Program-made: the position numbers and the translations under genes
NCBI GenBank assembly: GCA_946484175.1
Contig: CAMLSX010000001.1
Span: forward strand, 7,559 to 71,558
Direction of reading: 5' to 3'
Length of the DNA stretch: 64,000 nt
From: an uncultured Clostridia bacterium
Lineage (GTDB): Bacteria; Bacillota; Clostridia; Oscillospirales; Acutalibacteraceae
Part shown: in pieces, positions 54,220 through 64,000 of the stretch
Numbering within the stretch: the stretch's first letter is position 1
Layout of the letters: each line of letters opens with the position of its first letter
The notes under the pieces: generated by a model
What the model was told of the DNA's origin: nothing
Seen by the model: the letters and a program-made list of their open reading frames with translations, nothing else
Database searches by the model: none

Positions 54220-55758
54220 TTACTGTAAATATGGAAGTGGGTCAACCTTGGAACCATTTTTGATGATTTCAAAATGCAAATGAGGGCCAGTTGAATCTCC
54301 TGTACTGCCAATCAAAGCAATTGCCTGCCCTTTTGCCACTTTTTGACCGGATGTGACCAAGATCTTACTGGCATGAGCATACATGGTTTGGTACCCATTT
54401 CCATGATCTATCACCAGATGATAGCCATAACCATAATTATGCAGCTTTACATAAGAAACTGTTCCACCGTCTGCTGCAACGATCGTCTGTCCATAGGAAT
54501 TGCCATTTGAGAAATCCAAGCCCCAGTGTGTGGTACCCCAGCGCGCACCAAAATAAGAGGAAATATTTCTCACCACAGGCGAAGGCCATGTGAAAATTCC
54601 GCTGGCTTCACCGGGTGTTTCACCTGTAGGCCTCTTCTTGGTGCCCACTACCACAACCTTGTTAACCGGCTCTTTTGTTACCTTGCGGGAGACTTCTTCT
54701 CTTCCAATTTCTTCGTCTCCAACATAAGTAACTTTATCTACACAGGTCTTTTCCCCATTCTTTCCAGCTTGTGTGACCTTGGAATAATCTGTATATTGCG
54801 AGCTGTCTTTTTGTGTGACAGTTTTATAAGGAACACTTTCCGTATAAGTTTCGGTACGGATAATTTTTATATGGAGCGCAGCTTCCAAATCCGATTGCAA
54901 TACTTCCTGTGAAAGTATCCGGTCGGTCGGAAACAGTCCATTTACCACTTCTACATTCTCAAGAAATTCCGCAGATTCCGCTTTTGTTCTTTCAATTTCT
55001 TTCTGAAGCATTTCTTCCAGCGTATACCGCAGGTCGGTTGAGCTGCGAACGACACTGTGCAATTCTCCATTCACATATAAGCCCGACGCTTCACTGATGA
55101 CATCGTCAGAAATCTGAATCAACCGGTCACAAATTTCAGACGGATTTTCAAACGCAGACTGGCCAACGATTCCCAACCGGTAAGAAGCGTGAAGATTCAT
55201 ATCTGTTTCTGCAGCCGTATCATAGGTCATGCGCTGATTCATCATTTCAGAAGCTTCTTCAAAAACTCCTTCATCCTGTACAACAGCCGGTTCTTCATCT
55301 CCATAATCCAGATATAATCCCCATGTCTGCTGATTCCAGAACCACACGGTTCCTACCAGCACCAAAATTGCCATCAGCGGCAAAATAATCTGTCCTGCTG
55401 CTGCCAAAACCGCCCGATGCTGATGAGCCTCTTTGGCATGACTCCAGGCATTTCGGAATCCGTGCTCGCGGTGTGCATGCCGAATTTTGCCGGATTCCCA
55501 ACGCAGGTTCCTTCCAATCTTCGCCAAAACAAAACGGATAAATCGAACCCATCTGCGCAAAAAACGGGCATACAGCCTTAAAAAAAGATCTCCTAGCGGA
55601 TGAAGAAAACGAAAAAACCTGTGCCGGGCACGACGAAAAATCCGGATGCTTTGTACACCGGTAAGATATGACAAATTATATAAGAATTGCAGAAGCCGTA
55701 TCGCATTCCACACTAAAATACGGCGGAAAAAATCTGCCAGTTCCCTCTTTTCTGTCAA
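54220..55758 (-). CDS. Membrane-anchored G5-domain / M23 family metallopeptidase
   Basis: 512 aa, TTG start after GAGGAG. Arg/Phe-rich cytoplasmic tail, one TM, a G5-like segment (VTQAGKNGEKTCVDKVTYVGDEE...VVVVGTKK) and an M23 core (HWGLDF...HLVIDHGNGYQTMYAH...GSTGDSTGPHLHFE). Confidence 0.88.
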   Translation of the reverse strand: MTEKRELADFFRRILVWNAIRLLQFLYNLSYLTGVQSIRIFRRARHRFFRFLHPLGDLFLRLYARFLRRWVRFIRFVLAKIGRNLRWESGKIRHAHREHGFRNAWSHAKEAHQHRAVLAAAGQIILPLMAILVLVGTVWFWNQQTWGLYLDYGDEEPAVVQDEGVFEEASEMMNQRMTYDTAAETDMNLHASYRLGIVGQSAFENPSEICDRLIQISDDVISEASGLYVNGELHSVVRSSTDLRYTLEEMLQKEIERTKAESAEFLENVEVVNGLFPTDRILSQEVLQSDLEAALHIKIIRTETYTESVPYKTVTQKDSSQYTDYSKVTQAGKNGEKTCVDKVTYVGDEEIGREEVSRKVTKEPVNKVVVVGTKKRPTGETPGEASGIFTWPSPVVRNISSYFGARWGTTHWGLDFSNGNSYGQTIVAADGGTVSYVKLHNYGYGYHLVIDHGNGYQTMYAHASKILVTSGQKVAKGQAIALIGSTGDSTGPHLHFEIIKNGSKVDPLPYLQ

Positions 55759-55968
55759 TCGTATCCGCTCCTCTAAAAGTTACAGAATTGTAATTATTTA
55801 TTTTCATCATACCGCAAAGCAACATTTTTTGCAAGAGTCGGAATAACATTTTTTCTGTATTTTAGAAATAAACATGCAAAAAACATACTAAAAATCGCCT
55901 TTTTCTTCAATTTTTACAAGAGAATATTACTTGCAAATGGAAACAATCCTGTTTATATGTTCAAGCTC

Positions 55969-56850
55969 TTAAAAATACTTTCCTTCTGCCAGTATTTGTG
56001 CTTCTGTATCTTCAAAATCCGAAAGAAGCTTCCTGGTATCTGCTACAGCCGTCTCAAACAGTTGGAAAAAATTTTCAGTATGCTGCTGACCTGAACGATC
56101 CTCCCAAACTTCTTCGGCAATATTGGCATAGTCAATTTCTCCGCTTTCCAACATTCCTCGCAGATGGCAGGAGAGGGTGCGGACTTTTCCTTTTTCAGCC
56201 CGTTCTGTCAGATGCTTTTTCAGACCAGTACGGTCGTTCAGAATACGGAAGGTAAATCGGGCATCTTTTTCTGCCTGCGCAAGTAATTCCCCTTTTCCAG
56301 AACTACCAAACAGTTCCTCGAAAAGCACCTCATAAATTCCAGCGATAGCAGCTTGAACCTGTCCATTTTTTGGAAAACAGCTCTCCAAACGGAACTCTCC
56401 AGGCACCTTTCCCAACTCCCAACGCAAAATAATACCATCCAAGGCGGACTCAATCTCGTTATGAAAAACATCTTCTGTCTGCTGCGGTTCCTGTTCCAGT
56501 AATTTTTTCGATAAAAATTCAATATAGGGATGGCAGGTACGATCCAGGCTGTAATGGCACAAAAAGCCCATAATATACGAACGCACCGCTGGTTCCGGTC
56601 GTTCGCGCCAGAGCTTCTGTAAAACCTTCAGCGTATTTTCCGGGGCTTCTGCATGCAGGCGCCCGCCGAATTTCCTCAGATTTTCTCCCTTTTGCCATGG
56701 GAAAAAGCGATGGCAGAACAAAAAGTCCGGCCCCTGTTTTCCCCATTCAAAGGCGTCTTTCACAAGACGGCCTCTCATAATATCACTTTCTGTTTCCAAC
56801 CATTTCCAAACCCATTCTCCGTGCAAGGCATGTACAATTGCTGCCGGCAT
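55969..56850 (-). CDS. Zinc-dependent phospholipase C-family protein
   Basis: Trimmed to the ATG at 56850 (GGAGGA RBS). HALHGEW...WGKQGPDF...FLCHYSLDRTCHPYI pattern. Confidence 0.7.
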   Translation of the reverse strand: MPAAIVHALHGEWVWKWLETESDIMRGRLVKDAFEWGKQGPDFLFCHRFFPWQKGENLRKFGGRLHAEAPENTLKVLQKLWRERPEPAVRSYIMGFLCHYSLDRTCHPYIEFLSKKLLEQEPQQTEDVFHNEIESALDGIILRWELGKVPGEFRLESCFPKNGQVQAAIAGIYEVLFEELFGSSGKGELLAQAEKDARFTFRILNDRTGLKKHLTERAEKGKVRTLSCHLRGMLESGEIDYANIAEEVWEDRSGQQHTENFFQLFETAVADTRKLLSDFEDTEAQILAEGKYF

Positions 56851-57049
56851 ACGATTTCCTCCATTTCTTTCAAGTACGTGTCCCATACAGCATATCATCA
56901 TATTACATGGTAAATTGCTCTTCTTTTAAGCATCCTGACCATATCAAAAGCCCCAAAGTCCCCAGAGGGAACCTTGGGGCCTTGTGCTCTTGCAGACAGT
57001 TCTATCATACACAAAACTGCAAAAGATTACAAGTTCTTCTGTATGCAAA

Positions 57050-57090
57050 ACAAAACCGGCTGTACCATAAAGGCACAGCCGGTTTTTTAA
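57050..57090. terminator. Bidirectional rho-independent terminator after the amino-acid ABC operon
   Basis: AACCGGCTGT-(11-nt loop)-ACAGCCGGTT flanked by A and T runs. Confidence 0.75.
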
Positions 57091-57096
57091 ATTCTA

Positions 57097-57819
57097 TTAC
57101 AGCACCTTTGACAGGAAATCCTGCAAACGGGCATTTTTCGGGTGAGCAAAAAATTCCTCGGGAGGGGCTTCCTCCAGTACATTACCCTGATCCATAAACA
57201 AAACCCGGGTGGCAACTTCACGGGCAAAGCCCATCTCGTGCGTAACCACTACCATGGTCATACCTTCATCAGCCAGCTGCTTCATAACCTGCAGCACCTC
57301 GCCGACCATTTCCGGGTCAAGAGCAGAGGTAGGTTCATCAAACAGCATCACGTCGGGTTTCATGGCCAGCGCACGCACAATTGCAATACGCTGTTTCTGA
57401 CCTCCGGAAAGCTGGGCAGGATAAGAGTCGGCTTTTTCTGCCAGACCAACGCGGGCAAGCAGCTGCATGGCCAGCTCATCAGCTTCTTTCTGGCTCATCA
57501 GCTTCAGATGGACCGGGGCCATTGTAATATTTTTCTTCACAGTTAGATGCGGGAACAGATTGAAATGCTGAAACACCATTCCCATCTTCTGACGCAGCCT
57601 GTTGATGTCACACTTGGGATCGGTGATATTCTGGCCTTCAAACCAGATCTCGCCGCCGGTAGGCACTTCCAGCAAATTCAGGCAGCGAAGAAAAGTACTT
57701 TTGCCAGAGCCGGAAGGCCCCACGATAACGACCTTTTCGCCTTTTTGAATCTCCTGATTGATGCCGCAGAGCACCTTGTTTTCGCCAAATGCTTTTTCCA
57801 GATTTTTAACGGATATCAC
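57097..57819 (-). CDS. Polar amino-acid ABC transporter ATP-binding protein (GlnQ-like)
   Basis: Start proposed at the GTG at 57819, about 10 nt after AGGAGG ([12 protein letters not shown]...). Walker [36 protein letters not shown]. Confidence 0.9.
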   Translation of the reverse strand: MISVKNLEKAFGENKVLCGINQEIQKGEKVVIVGPSGSGKSTFLRCLNLLEVPTGGEIWFEGQNITDPKCDINRLRQKMGMVFQHFNLFPHLTVKKNITMAPVHLKLMSQKEADELAMQLLARVGLAEKADSYPAQLSGGQKQRIAIVRALAMKPDVMLFDEPTSALDPEMVGEVLQVMKQLADEGMTMVVVTHEMGFAREVATRVLFMDQGNVLEEAPPEEFFAHPKNARLQDFLSKVL

Positions 57820-58522
57820 TCTTACGCAGCCTCCTCTCAAAGCAGCCCAACAGGCTGGTCAAGCCGACCACCAGCACCAGATATACCAGACCGGCACTGA
57901 TGAGGGGGGTAAAGGAATCGTATGTAACGGTACGAATAATATCGGAACCCTTGGTCAGATCGTGGATACCAATATAACCGGCAACGGAAGTTTCTTTGAG
58001 CAGGGCGATGAATTCATTGCCCAGAGCCGGCAGCACATTTTTCAAAGCCTGTGGGAAAATAATCTTGAACATGGTGGTGGTCTGGGTCAGACCCAAAGAA
58101 CGCCCGGCTTCCATCTGGCCTTTATCCACCGACAGGATACCTGTACGGATGACCTCGGCCACATAAGCACCCGAGTTGATACCGAAAGCAATGCAGGCTA
58201 CCGTGACGCCGTTGGTAATGTTGGTAAGAATCGCATAATACATGAGCATCAATTGCAGAATCATAGGCGTGCCGCGAATCACCGTAAGGTAGATGCTTCC
58301 GATAATATCAAATATTTTGAATATAAATTTCAGCACCGCATTACGGGGATTAAAAACCTTTGCTTTTACCATGGCAACCAGCGTACCGATCAGCGTACCG
58401 ATCAGAATTGCAACAATCGTGATCGTCAGGGTATTGCCCAGACCCCAGAAGATCTGTAAATACCGTTCATCAACAATCATGGTTTCATAAAACTGATTCC
58501 ATATGTCAGTAAACCATGTCAT
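57806..58522 (-). CDS. Polar amino-acid ABC transporter permease (HisMQ family)
   Basis: 238-aa membrane protein with the EAA-type loop ([15 protein letters not shown]). Confidence 0.88.
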   Translation of the reverse strand: MTWFTDIWNQFYETMIVDERYLQIFWGLGNTLTITIVAILIGTLIGTLVAMVKAKVFNPRNAVLKFIFKIFDIIGSIYLTVIRGTPMILQLMLMYYAILTNITNGVTVACIAFGINSGAYVAEVIRTGILSVDKGQMEAGRSLGLTQTTTMFKIIFPQALKNVLPALGNEFIALLKETSVAGYIGIHDLTKGSDIIRTVTYDSFTPLISAGLVYLVLVVGLTSLLGCFERRLRKSDIR

Positions 58523-58596
58523 GGATTTTCCTCCTTATGTCAATAAAATAGAGTAAAGGCGGCAGAGTGTCTGCCCTGCCGCCTCGGGTAATAAAA

Positions 58597-59436
58597 TTAT
58601 TCACCGATATATTTTGTGAACAGCTCGTCCAGTTCGCCGCTCTCTTCCATATCGGCCAGCACCTTATTCACCAGTTCCTTCATTGCCTCGTCGCCCTTGG
58701 GAACTGCGATGGCATATTTTTCACCAGTGAGTTCATCGTCCAGCTTCATGATTTTATCAGCATTCTTCTCTACCAGCTTGTCAGCCGGGAAATCATCCAT
58801 GACCACAGCGTCCAGACGGCCGGCCATCAGGTCATTGACTGCATCAACAAAAGAATTGTAACGCTTGACTTCCTTTACGCCCACATTGTTTTCGCCGTCT
58901 TTGTCGGTCACATAGGTGTCGGCAGTGGTACCGGTCTGTACGCCCACAACCTTATCCTTCAGGTCTTCCGGCTTTGCAACGGGGGAATTTTCTTTCATCA
59001 CCACGATGGACTGGGTAGCGGAGAAATACTCATTGGAGAAGTCTACATTCTTCAAACGGTCGGGATCAATGGACATGCCGGCAGCGGCAAAATCGGCTTT
59101 ACCGGATTTGATCTCTGCAATGATAGACTCAAACTTTACGTCGTGGATTTCCAGCTCTACGCCCAGCTCATCAGCGATCTTCTGGGAGATCTCGATATCG
59201 ATTCCCTTATATTCTGTTCCTTCAATATATTCGAAGGGTTCGAACTGTGCGTTGGTAGCCATGACAATTTTGCCGGCTTTTTTAATTCTATCAATGGAAG
59301 TTTCTTCGGCCACGCTTTCGTCTGTAGAAGCCATAGAAGAAGAACTATCACTGGACGGTGCAGAAGTGCAGGCTGCCATACTCATTGTCATGCCGGCAGC
59401 CAGAAGCAGGGCTGCCAGTTTTTTCACTTTTTTCAT
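58597..59436 (-). CDS. Amino-acid ABC transporter substrate-binding lipoprotein (SBP family 3)
   Basis: Trimmed to the ATG at 59436. MKKVKKLAALLLAAGMTMSMAAC lipobox, then ...FEPFEY...GIDIEI...DFAAAGMS. Confidence 0.88.
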   Translation of the reverse strand: MKKVKKLAALLLAAGMTMSMAACTSAPSSDSSSSMASTDESVAEETSIDRIKKAGKIVMATNAQFEPFEYIEGTEYKGIDIEISQKIADELGVELEIHDVKFESIIAEIKSGKADFAAAGMSIDPDRLKNVDFSNEYFSATQSIVVMKENSPVAKPEDLKDKVVGVQTGTTADTYVTDKDGENNVGVKEVKRYNSFVDAVNDLMAGRLDAVVMDDFPADKLVEKNADKIMKLDDELTGEKYAIAVPKGDEAMKELVNKVLADMEESGELDELFTKYIGE

Positions 59437-59534
59437 TCGTAAATACCCCTTTTCCGCTGCAAATCCCGGCACAGAATCTCCCAAAGCAGAAAACTTTTTG
59501 TCGAGTGATGCAGCAACTTTTTTGTCTGAAACCG

Positions 59535-59563
59535 ATTATAACGCATAAACATGCAGAAATCAA
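59535..59563 (-). promoter_or_regulatory. Sigma-70 promoter of the amino-acid ABC operon
   Basis: Minus strand TTGATT, 17 nt, TATAAT. Confidence 0.6.
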
Positions 59564-59623
59564 GCTGTTTCGTGAATAAACTTTCCGGTTTTCCCGGTGT
59601 TTTCCGCAGCTGATTCGTGTGAT

Positions 59624-60535
59624 TTATACAGAACCTTGAGTATTTTGCTCTGAAAGAAACAAATTTGGAAAGGCTTTCTGCCACTCCTCAGGGACAGGCA
59701 CGGTAATTGTTACCGTTCTTTCTCCTTCCGTTTTGAAAAAACGAACAGATGCACAGCACAATGCCTGGCTGGAAACTTTTTCCCTGCTGCCATCATAAAG
59801 GTCATCACCAGCCAATGGATAGCCCATAGATGCCATATGCACCCGAATCTGATGAGTACGTCCTGTTTCAAGACGAAAAGAGAGCAGTGTATGCGTGCCG
59901 TCACTTTTTAACGCCTGCCAATGCGTAACTGCCGGTACCGGATTTTCCGAATCCGCATCGGTACTGCGGCGAATCCGGCTTCCCGGTTCCAAGCCAATGG
60001 GCAAATCAATTTTACCTTCCCCTGTCAGGATTCCCTGGCAGACGGCACGATATTCCTTTTGAATTTTTTCAGGCAGTGTGGCAGCTGTATATCCATCTTT
60101 TGCCAATAAAATCACACCGGTGGTATCCCGGTCCAGACGATATAAGGGGCGAAAGGCAAACGCCGGACGGTTTTCCCGGAGCAGCCAGCCGGAAAAGGCG
60201 TTGAGCAGGCTGTCACGGTCATGGCCCGGCGACGGATGTACCGGCATGCCAGCCGGTTTGTTAATGGCCAGCAGCCGCTCATCTTCATAAAGCACCGGAA
60301 AAGGAAGCTTTTCAGGTGGCGCGGCTGTTTCTCCTGCCGGTGGGAACAATTCTACAATATCTCCGGCATGCACCAATTCAATCACATAGACCGGCTTTCC
60401 ATTGAGCTGAATTCCACCTTCTACCCGTTTCAAACGCGCCAGCAATCGGGCTGTGACACCCGCTTCCCGACGAAGAAAATGTTTTAGAAGCGCCCCATCG
60501 TACTGAGGCGGCACTATAAAACGCAGAGGCTCCAT
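59624..60535 (-). CDS. RluA-family pseudouridine synthase (RluD/RluC-like, with S4 domain)
   Basis: 303 aa, S4-like N-terminus, catalytic motif LYRLDRDTTGVILLAK, ...GRTHQIRVH. Confidence 0.88.
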   Translation of the reverse strand: MEPLRFIVPPQYDGALLKHFLRREAGVTARLLARLKRVEGGIQLNGKPVYVIELVHAGDIVELFPPAGETAAPPEKLPFPVLYEDERLLAINKPAGMPVHPSPGHDRDSLLNAFSGWLLRENRPAFAFRPLYRLDRDTTGVILLAKDGYTAATLPEKIQKEYRAVCQGILTGEGKIDLPIGLEPGSRIRRSTDADSENPVPAVTHWQALKSDGTHTLLSFRLETGRTHQIRVHMASMGYPLAGDDLYDGSREKVSSQALCCASVRFFKTEGERTVTITVPVPEEWQKAFPNLFLSEQNTQGSV

Positions 60536-61410
60536 CAGTGGTCACGGCTTGCCAGCGCAATGGCAAAATCTGCCAGATCTTTTCCCCTCTCTCCAAAGAC
60601 AGACAGGGCGTTTACTGCTGTATGGGTTAACTGCTCCACCATTTCTTTTGCCTTTTCTACGCCCAACAGGCTGACATAGGTACTCTTTCCACGCTCAGAG
60701 TCCATGCCAGTATTTTTGCCCAACAACGCCGCATCGCCAGTGACATCCAGCAGGTCATCCACAATTTGAAATGCCAGCCCTACAGAACGTGCATAGACAT
60801 CGGCAGCCTGCAGCTGTTCGCCGTTGGCACCCGCAATGATGCAGCCCATGCGGCAAGCGGCTAAAATCAGAGCGCCGGTTTTACCTTCATCCATTTTTTG
60901 CAGAACTTCCAGTGAAACCTGGCGGTCTTCGGATTCCAGGTCGATCATTTGTCCGCCCACCATGCCGCGGGAACCAGCAGCTCTTGCCAGCTCTCCGGCA
61001 GCACGTGCAGCACGGTCAGAACCCACCGCACGGATACTCTCGGGAGAGAGCATGGTTTCAAATGCCAGCGTCAGCAATGCATCTCCGGCCAGCAAAGCGG
61101 CAGCTTCGCCATAGACTTTATGGTTGGTGGGCTTGCCCCGGCGCAGATCATCGTCATCCATGCAGGGCAGGTCGTCGTGAATGAGAGAATAGGAATGTAC
61201 CATTTCGACAGCGCAGGCAAAAGGCATAGCCTGCGCCGGGTTCCCGCCGCAGATTCGGCAGAATTCCAGAACCAGCTGCGGGCGAATCCGTTTTCCGCCA
61301 GCCATCAGGCTATATTCCATACTTTCAAACAGCTTTTTGCGCAAATCGCGGTCATGGGGAAGATATTTTTTTAATGCACTTTCAATTTCCTGTATTTCCA
61401 GTTTATTCAT
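60535..61410 (-). CDS. ispA: Polyprenyl (farnesyl/geranylgeranyl) diphosphate synthase
   Basis: 291 aa, first DDxxD box IHDDLPCMDDDDLRRGKPT and second box FQIVDDLLD. Confidence 0.9.
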   Translation of the reverse strand: MNKLEIQEIESALKKYLPHDRDLRKKLFESMEYSLMAGGKRIRPQLVLEFCRICGGNPAQAMPFACAVEMVHSYSLIHDDLPCMDDDDLRRGKPTNHKVYGEAAALLAGDALLTLAFETMLSPESIRAVGSDRAARAAGELARAAGSRGMVGGQMIDLESEDRQVSLEVLQKMDEGKTGALILAACRMGCIIAGANGEQLQAADVYARSVGLAFQIVDDLLDVTGDAALLGKNTGMDSERGKSTYVSLLGVEKAKEMVEQLTHTAVNALSVFGERGKDLADFAIALASRDH

Positions 61411-61522
61411 GATCTTTTCTCCTGTTTCGCATTGATACTATGGGAAAAGTGTTTTCGCTGATTGCGATGGGCAATTTGGGGCATAGAATGCAAATCTTCA
61501 GCTTACTGCACACGGACTGTTT

Positions 61523-61726
61523 TTATTCGGCTGCCTGCTCCAGCTTTGTGATCTCTATGATCTTCTGTTCGGCGTTTTGCAGCTTTTCATAACAGAACGC
61601 CGACAGCTTGGCTCCCTCTTCAAACAGCTTCAGCGATGCATCCAGCGTCTCTTCCCCGCTTTCCAGCCGAGTGACGATTTCTTTCAGTTTTCCCAACGCC
61701 TCTTCATAAGTCATCTTACGGTTCAT
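61523..61726 (-). CDS. xseB: Exodeoxyribonuclease VII small subunit
   Basis: Trimmed to the ATG at 61726 (AAGGAGG RBS). MNRKMTYEEALGKLKEIVTRLESGEETLDASLKLFEEG... Confidence 0.88.
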   Translation of the reverse strand: MNRKMTYEEALGKLKEIVTRLESGEETLDASLKLFEEGAKLSAFCYEKLQNAEQKIIEITKLEQAAE

Positions 61727-62933
61727 GGGGTTCCTCCTTTTCCGCCTGTATACAGCGGGCTTCTCCGTCCGCAAAACGCAGCCGAAAAGCTTTGCCTTTC
61801 TGAATTTGTGAAGCGCTTCGAATGGTTTTTCCCGTCTCTGTTTGAGCCAATGCATACCCCCGGCTCAACACCTTCAGCGGACTGAGCCCATCGAGTGTAC
61901 CGGTCAAACGGGAAAGCTCTTCCTTTTCCCGGCTGACCGACAAAGACACACCCGCTGTCAGCCGCCGCGTCAGGTGGGAAAGTTCGTTTCGTTTCTGCAC
62001 AATCGGCTTCAACGGCTGGCGAAGACTTCGGCTGGCAGTCAGAGAATCCAGCTCCAGCCTGCATTGAGCAAGCAGCGATTCCATATCAGATTTTAAAGCA
62101 TATTTGGCTGATTCTACCATCAGCTTTTCTTCCGCCTGGTCGGGCACTGCCAGCTCAGCCGCTGCACTGGGTGTAGGCGCACGCAAATCTGCCACAAAAT
62201 CGCAGATGGTAAAATCCGTCTCATGGCCTACGGCAGAAATTACCGGGATTTGAGAAGCTGCCACTGCTCTGGCAACCACTTCTTCATTAAAGGCCCACAA
62301 CTCTTCCAGTGAACCGCCGCCGCGTCCAATAATAATGGTATCCACGTTTTCAATGCGGTTCATCCGGGCAAGGGCATCCACCAGCTGGGGGGCCGCGCCT
62401 TCTCCCTGTACCAGCACCGGGCAAAACACGATTTCCGCCAAAGGCCAGCGGCGGCCTAAAATCTGGCAGATATCCCGTACCGCAGCGCCGGTGGGCGAGG
62501 TAATCACGCCGATACGCCGGGGATACCGGGGAATCGGACGCTTTCGAGCCGGGCTGAACAGCCCCTCATTTTCCAGCCGGGATTTCAGCTGTTCATAGGC
62601 GAGGTTCAGAGCACCCAGGCCATCGGGCTGCATATCCTCCACATAGAGCTGATATTGCCCCGAGGCTTCATACAGACTGATTCTTCCCCGGCACAGTACT
62701 TTCATTCCGTCTGATGGGCGAAACCGCAGCCGTCTGGCACTGGACGCAAACATCACGGCTTTCAGCACTGCTTTTTCATCTTTCAGGGAAAAATACAGAT
62801 GGCCGGAACGGTAGTGGTCGGTAAAGTTGGAAATCTCACCGCTGACATATACCGGATTTAAATTCGGGTCGCCATCCAGCAGGGATTTCAGATAGCCGTT
62901 GATCTGGCTGACCGTCAACACAGACGTGCTCAC
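61716..62933 (-). CDS. xseA: Exodeoxyribonuclease VII large subunit
   Basis: 405 aa, GTG start (GTGA overlap). LTVSQINGYLKSLLDGDPNL..VYVSGEISNF...IGVITSPTGAAVRD. Confidence 0.92.
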   Translation of the reverse strand: MSTSVLTVSQINGYLKSLLDGDPNLNPVYVSGEISNFTDHYRSGHLYFSLKDEKAVLKAVMFASSARRLRFRPSDGMKVLCRGRISLYEASGQYQLYVEDMQPDGLGALNLAYEQLKSRLENEGLFSPARKRPIPRYPRRIGVITSPTGAAVRDICQILGRRWPLAEIVFCPVLVQGEGAAPQLVDALARMNRIENVDTIIIGRGGGSLEELWAFNEEVVARAVAASQIPVISAVGHETDFTICDFVADLRAPTPSAAAELAVPDQAEEKLMVESAKYALKSDMESLLAQCRLELDSLTASRSLRQPLKPIVQKRNELSHLTRRLTAGVSLSVSREKEELSRLTGTLDGLSPLKVLSRGYALAQTETGKTIRSASQIQKGKAFRLRFADGEARCIQAEKEEPHEP

Positions 62934-63871
62934 AGCAGGCCCTCCTTTCTCGCTGCCAATACTGCCGTACCGGCTGCATTATCAGCGGAAAAAACGGGCT
63001 CTGCAAAATACGCACCAAATTTTTCTGTCATTGCTTTTTTGATAATGGAATTGGACATGACACCTCCGGCAAAGAGTACCGGCAGCTTTCCGTATTCCTC
63101 CAAAAGCGCAGTGCACATGCCTTCCAGTGCAGCGCGCACTGCCTCCAGACAATACCGGGCAATTTCTTCTTTCGGATGGCCGGTATCATAGAGCTTTTTG
63201 CAGTGGTTTTCAATGCCGGAAAGGGAACAGTTACACCTCTTCATGACCGGACGAACTTTGATCGGGCTCTCCCAGCAAAGGGCCAGCTTTTCCAGCTCCG
63301 GCCCAGCAGGGAATGGCAGCCCCAGCAGCACGCCGGCACGGTCTACAGCTTGTCCGCCTTTTAAATCAAGGGAAGACGCCACAATCTCTGCATGAAGGAT
63401 GTCATCTTTATCCGGTGTAACCAGCACAGCTTCGGTAGTGCCCCCGGAAACATGGAAAGCCAGAAAACGCTCTTCGAGCAGTTCCAGTTTCCCGGCAGAA
63501 TAAAGAGCGGCAGCGATGTGCCCCGCCTGATGGGAAAAGCGGTACAAAGGCGCACCGGCCGCAGCAGCCAGTGCTCGGGCTGTTCCCACCCCCACCGTGA
63601 AGCAGGGCATGTAAGAGCCTTCCTGCGCCCGGGGACGATCAGAAACACCGACAGCACGAATCGGCGGTGCTCCCTGCAAGACCTCTTCCAAGCGGTCAGG
63701 GAGCTGCTGTACATGATGGAACACCGCATCACTCTGGCGCAGACCCAGCTGTCCGGGCTTTACCGGCAGCAGCTTTTTACTTTGAAAGATTTCGCCGTGC
63801 TCCAACCGGGCAGCAGAGGTGGTGTAGTTACTGGTATCAATGCCCAGAATCACCGGTTCACGGCTGCTCAT
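62930..63871 (-). CDS. Kae1/TsaD-like ASKHA-fold protein (peptidase M22 family paralog)
   Basis: Trimmed to the ATG at 63871 (GAGGAG RBS). [12 protein letters not shown]...SHQAGHI (HxxxH metal motif)...FHVSGGTTE...FAGGVMSN. Confidence 0.75.
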   Translation of the reverse strand: MSSREPVILGIDTSNYTTSAARLEHGEIFQSKKLLPVKPGQLGLRQSDAVFHHVQQLPDRLEEVLQGAPPIRAVGVSDRPRAQEGSYMPCFTVGVGTARALAAAAGAPLYRFSHQAGHIAAALYSAGKLELLEERFLAFHVSGGTTEAVLVTPDKDDILHAEIVASSLDLKGGQAVDRAGVLLGLPFPAGPELEKLALCWESPIKVRPVMKRCNCSLSGIENHCKKLYDTGHPKEEIARYCLEAVRAALEGMCTALLEEYGKLPVLFAGGVMSNSIIKKAMTEKFGAYFAEPVFSADNAAGTAVLAARKEGLL

Positions 63872-64000
63872 GGGCTTTCTCCTCATTCTCTGCCCGAATG
63901 ACGCTGGCCAACACGCCGTTGATAAAGGAAGCATCTTCGGCAGCACCGTACTTCTTGGACAATTCTACCGCTTCATTGACAGAAACCTGCGGCGGAATAT
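63858..64000 (-). CDS. nusB: Transcription antitermination factor NusB, C-terminal part (5' end beyond window)
   Basis: Minus-strand frame open from the window edge: ...[46 protein letters not shown], then TGA at 63858-63860. Confidence 0.8.
   Translation of the reverse strand, partial: IPPQVSVNEAVELSKKYGAAEDASFINGVLASVIRAENEEKAHEQP

Overview
This window is mostly core chromosome from a roughly 55-58% GC Clostridia-type Firmicute; the Oscillospiraceae/Ruminococcaceae-like placement is inference from protein signatures only. It has four main blocks. (1) 1-14.6 kb, minus strand: an anaerobic cobalamin cluster running B12 riboswitch, cbiMNQO, cbiK-D-L-F, cbiG-H-J-ET-A, cobT-U-S, with cbiC on its own promoter just upstream. 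(2) 15.5-22.2 kb, plus strand: a second B12 riboswitch followed by hemA, a sirC-like gene, hemC, cobA/hemD, hemB and hemL. (3) 22.2-42.5 kb: a mixed region. It starts with a low-GC islet (phi-LC3-type holin-like gene, DUF4886 SGNH hydrolase, ABM monooxygenase, tRNA-Leu-GAG). It then carries several clan GH-A/GH5/GHL10 glycosidases, pgi, a D-Ala-D-Ala carboxypeptidase, rlmH, two convergent tRNA-Leu(CAG) genes, dapL, a MATE pump and an esterase. (4) 42.7-64 kb: a marR gene with two ABC exporter genes, ctsR-mcsA-mcsB-clpC, murA, an M23/G5 peptidase, an amino-acid ABC importer, and rluA-family/ispA/xseB/xseA/tsaD-like/nusB. I did not recognise a defence island, CRISPR array, prophage or complete mobile element. 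The most unusual signals are: (a) a ~275-nt mosaic multi-hairpin element present twice inside the cbi operon, where hairpin positions are kept but stem sequences are swapped; (b) a near-perfect ~136-nt inverted duplication of a promoter, leader and tRNA-Leu(CAG) unit flanking a ~460-bp AT-rich non-coding spacer; (c) a GH5 gene split by a single in-frame TGA within a W-C-[TGA]-K context, with no SD in front of the downstream ORF; (d) an unannotated 42-aa Cys/Gly/Asn-rich tiny membrane peptide with its own RBS and terminator. All calls come from reading the sequence and the ORF translations; no database search was run.
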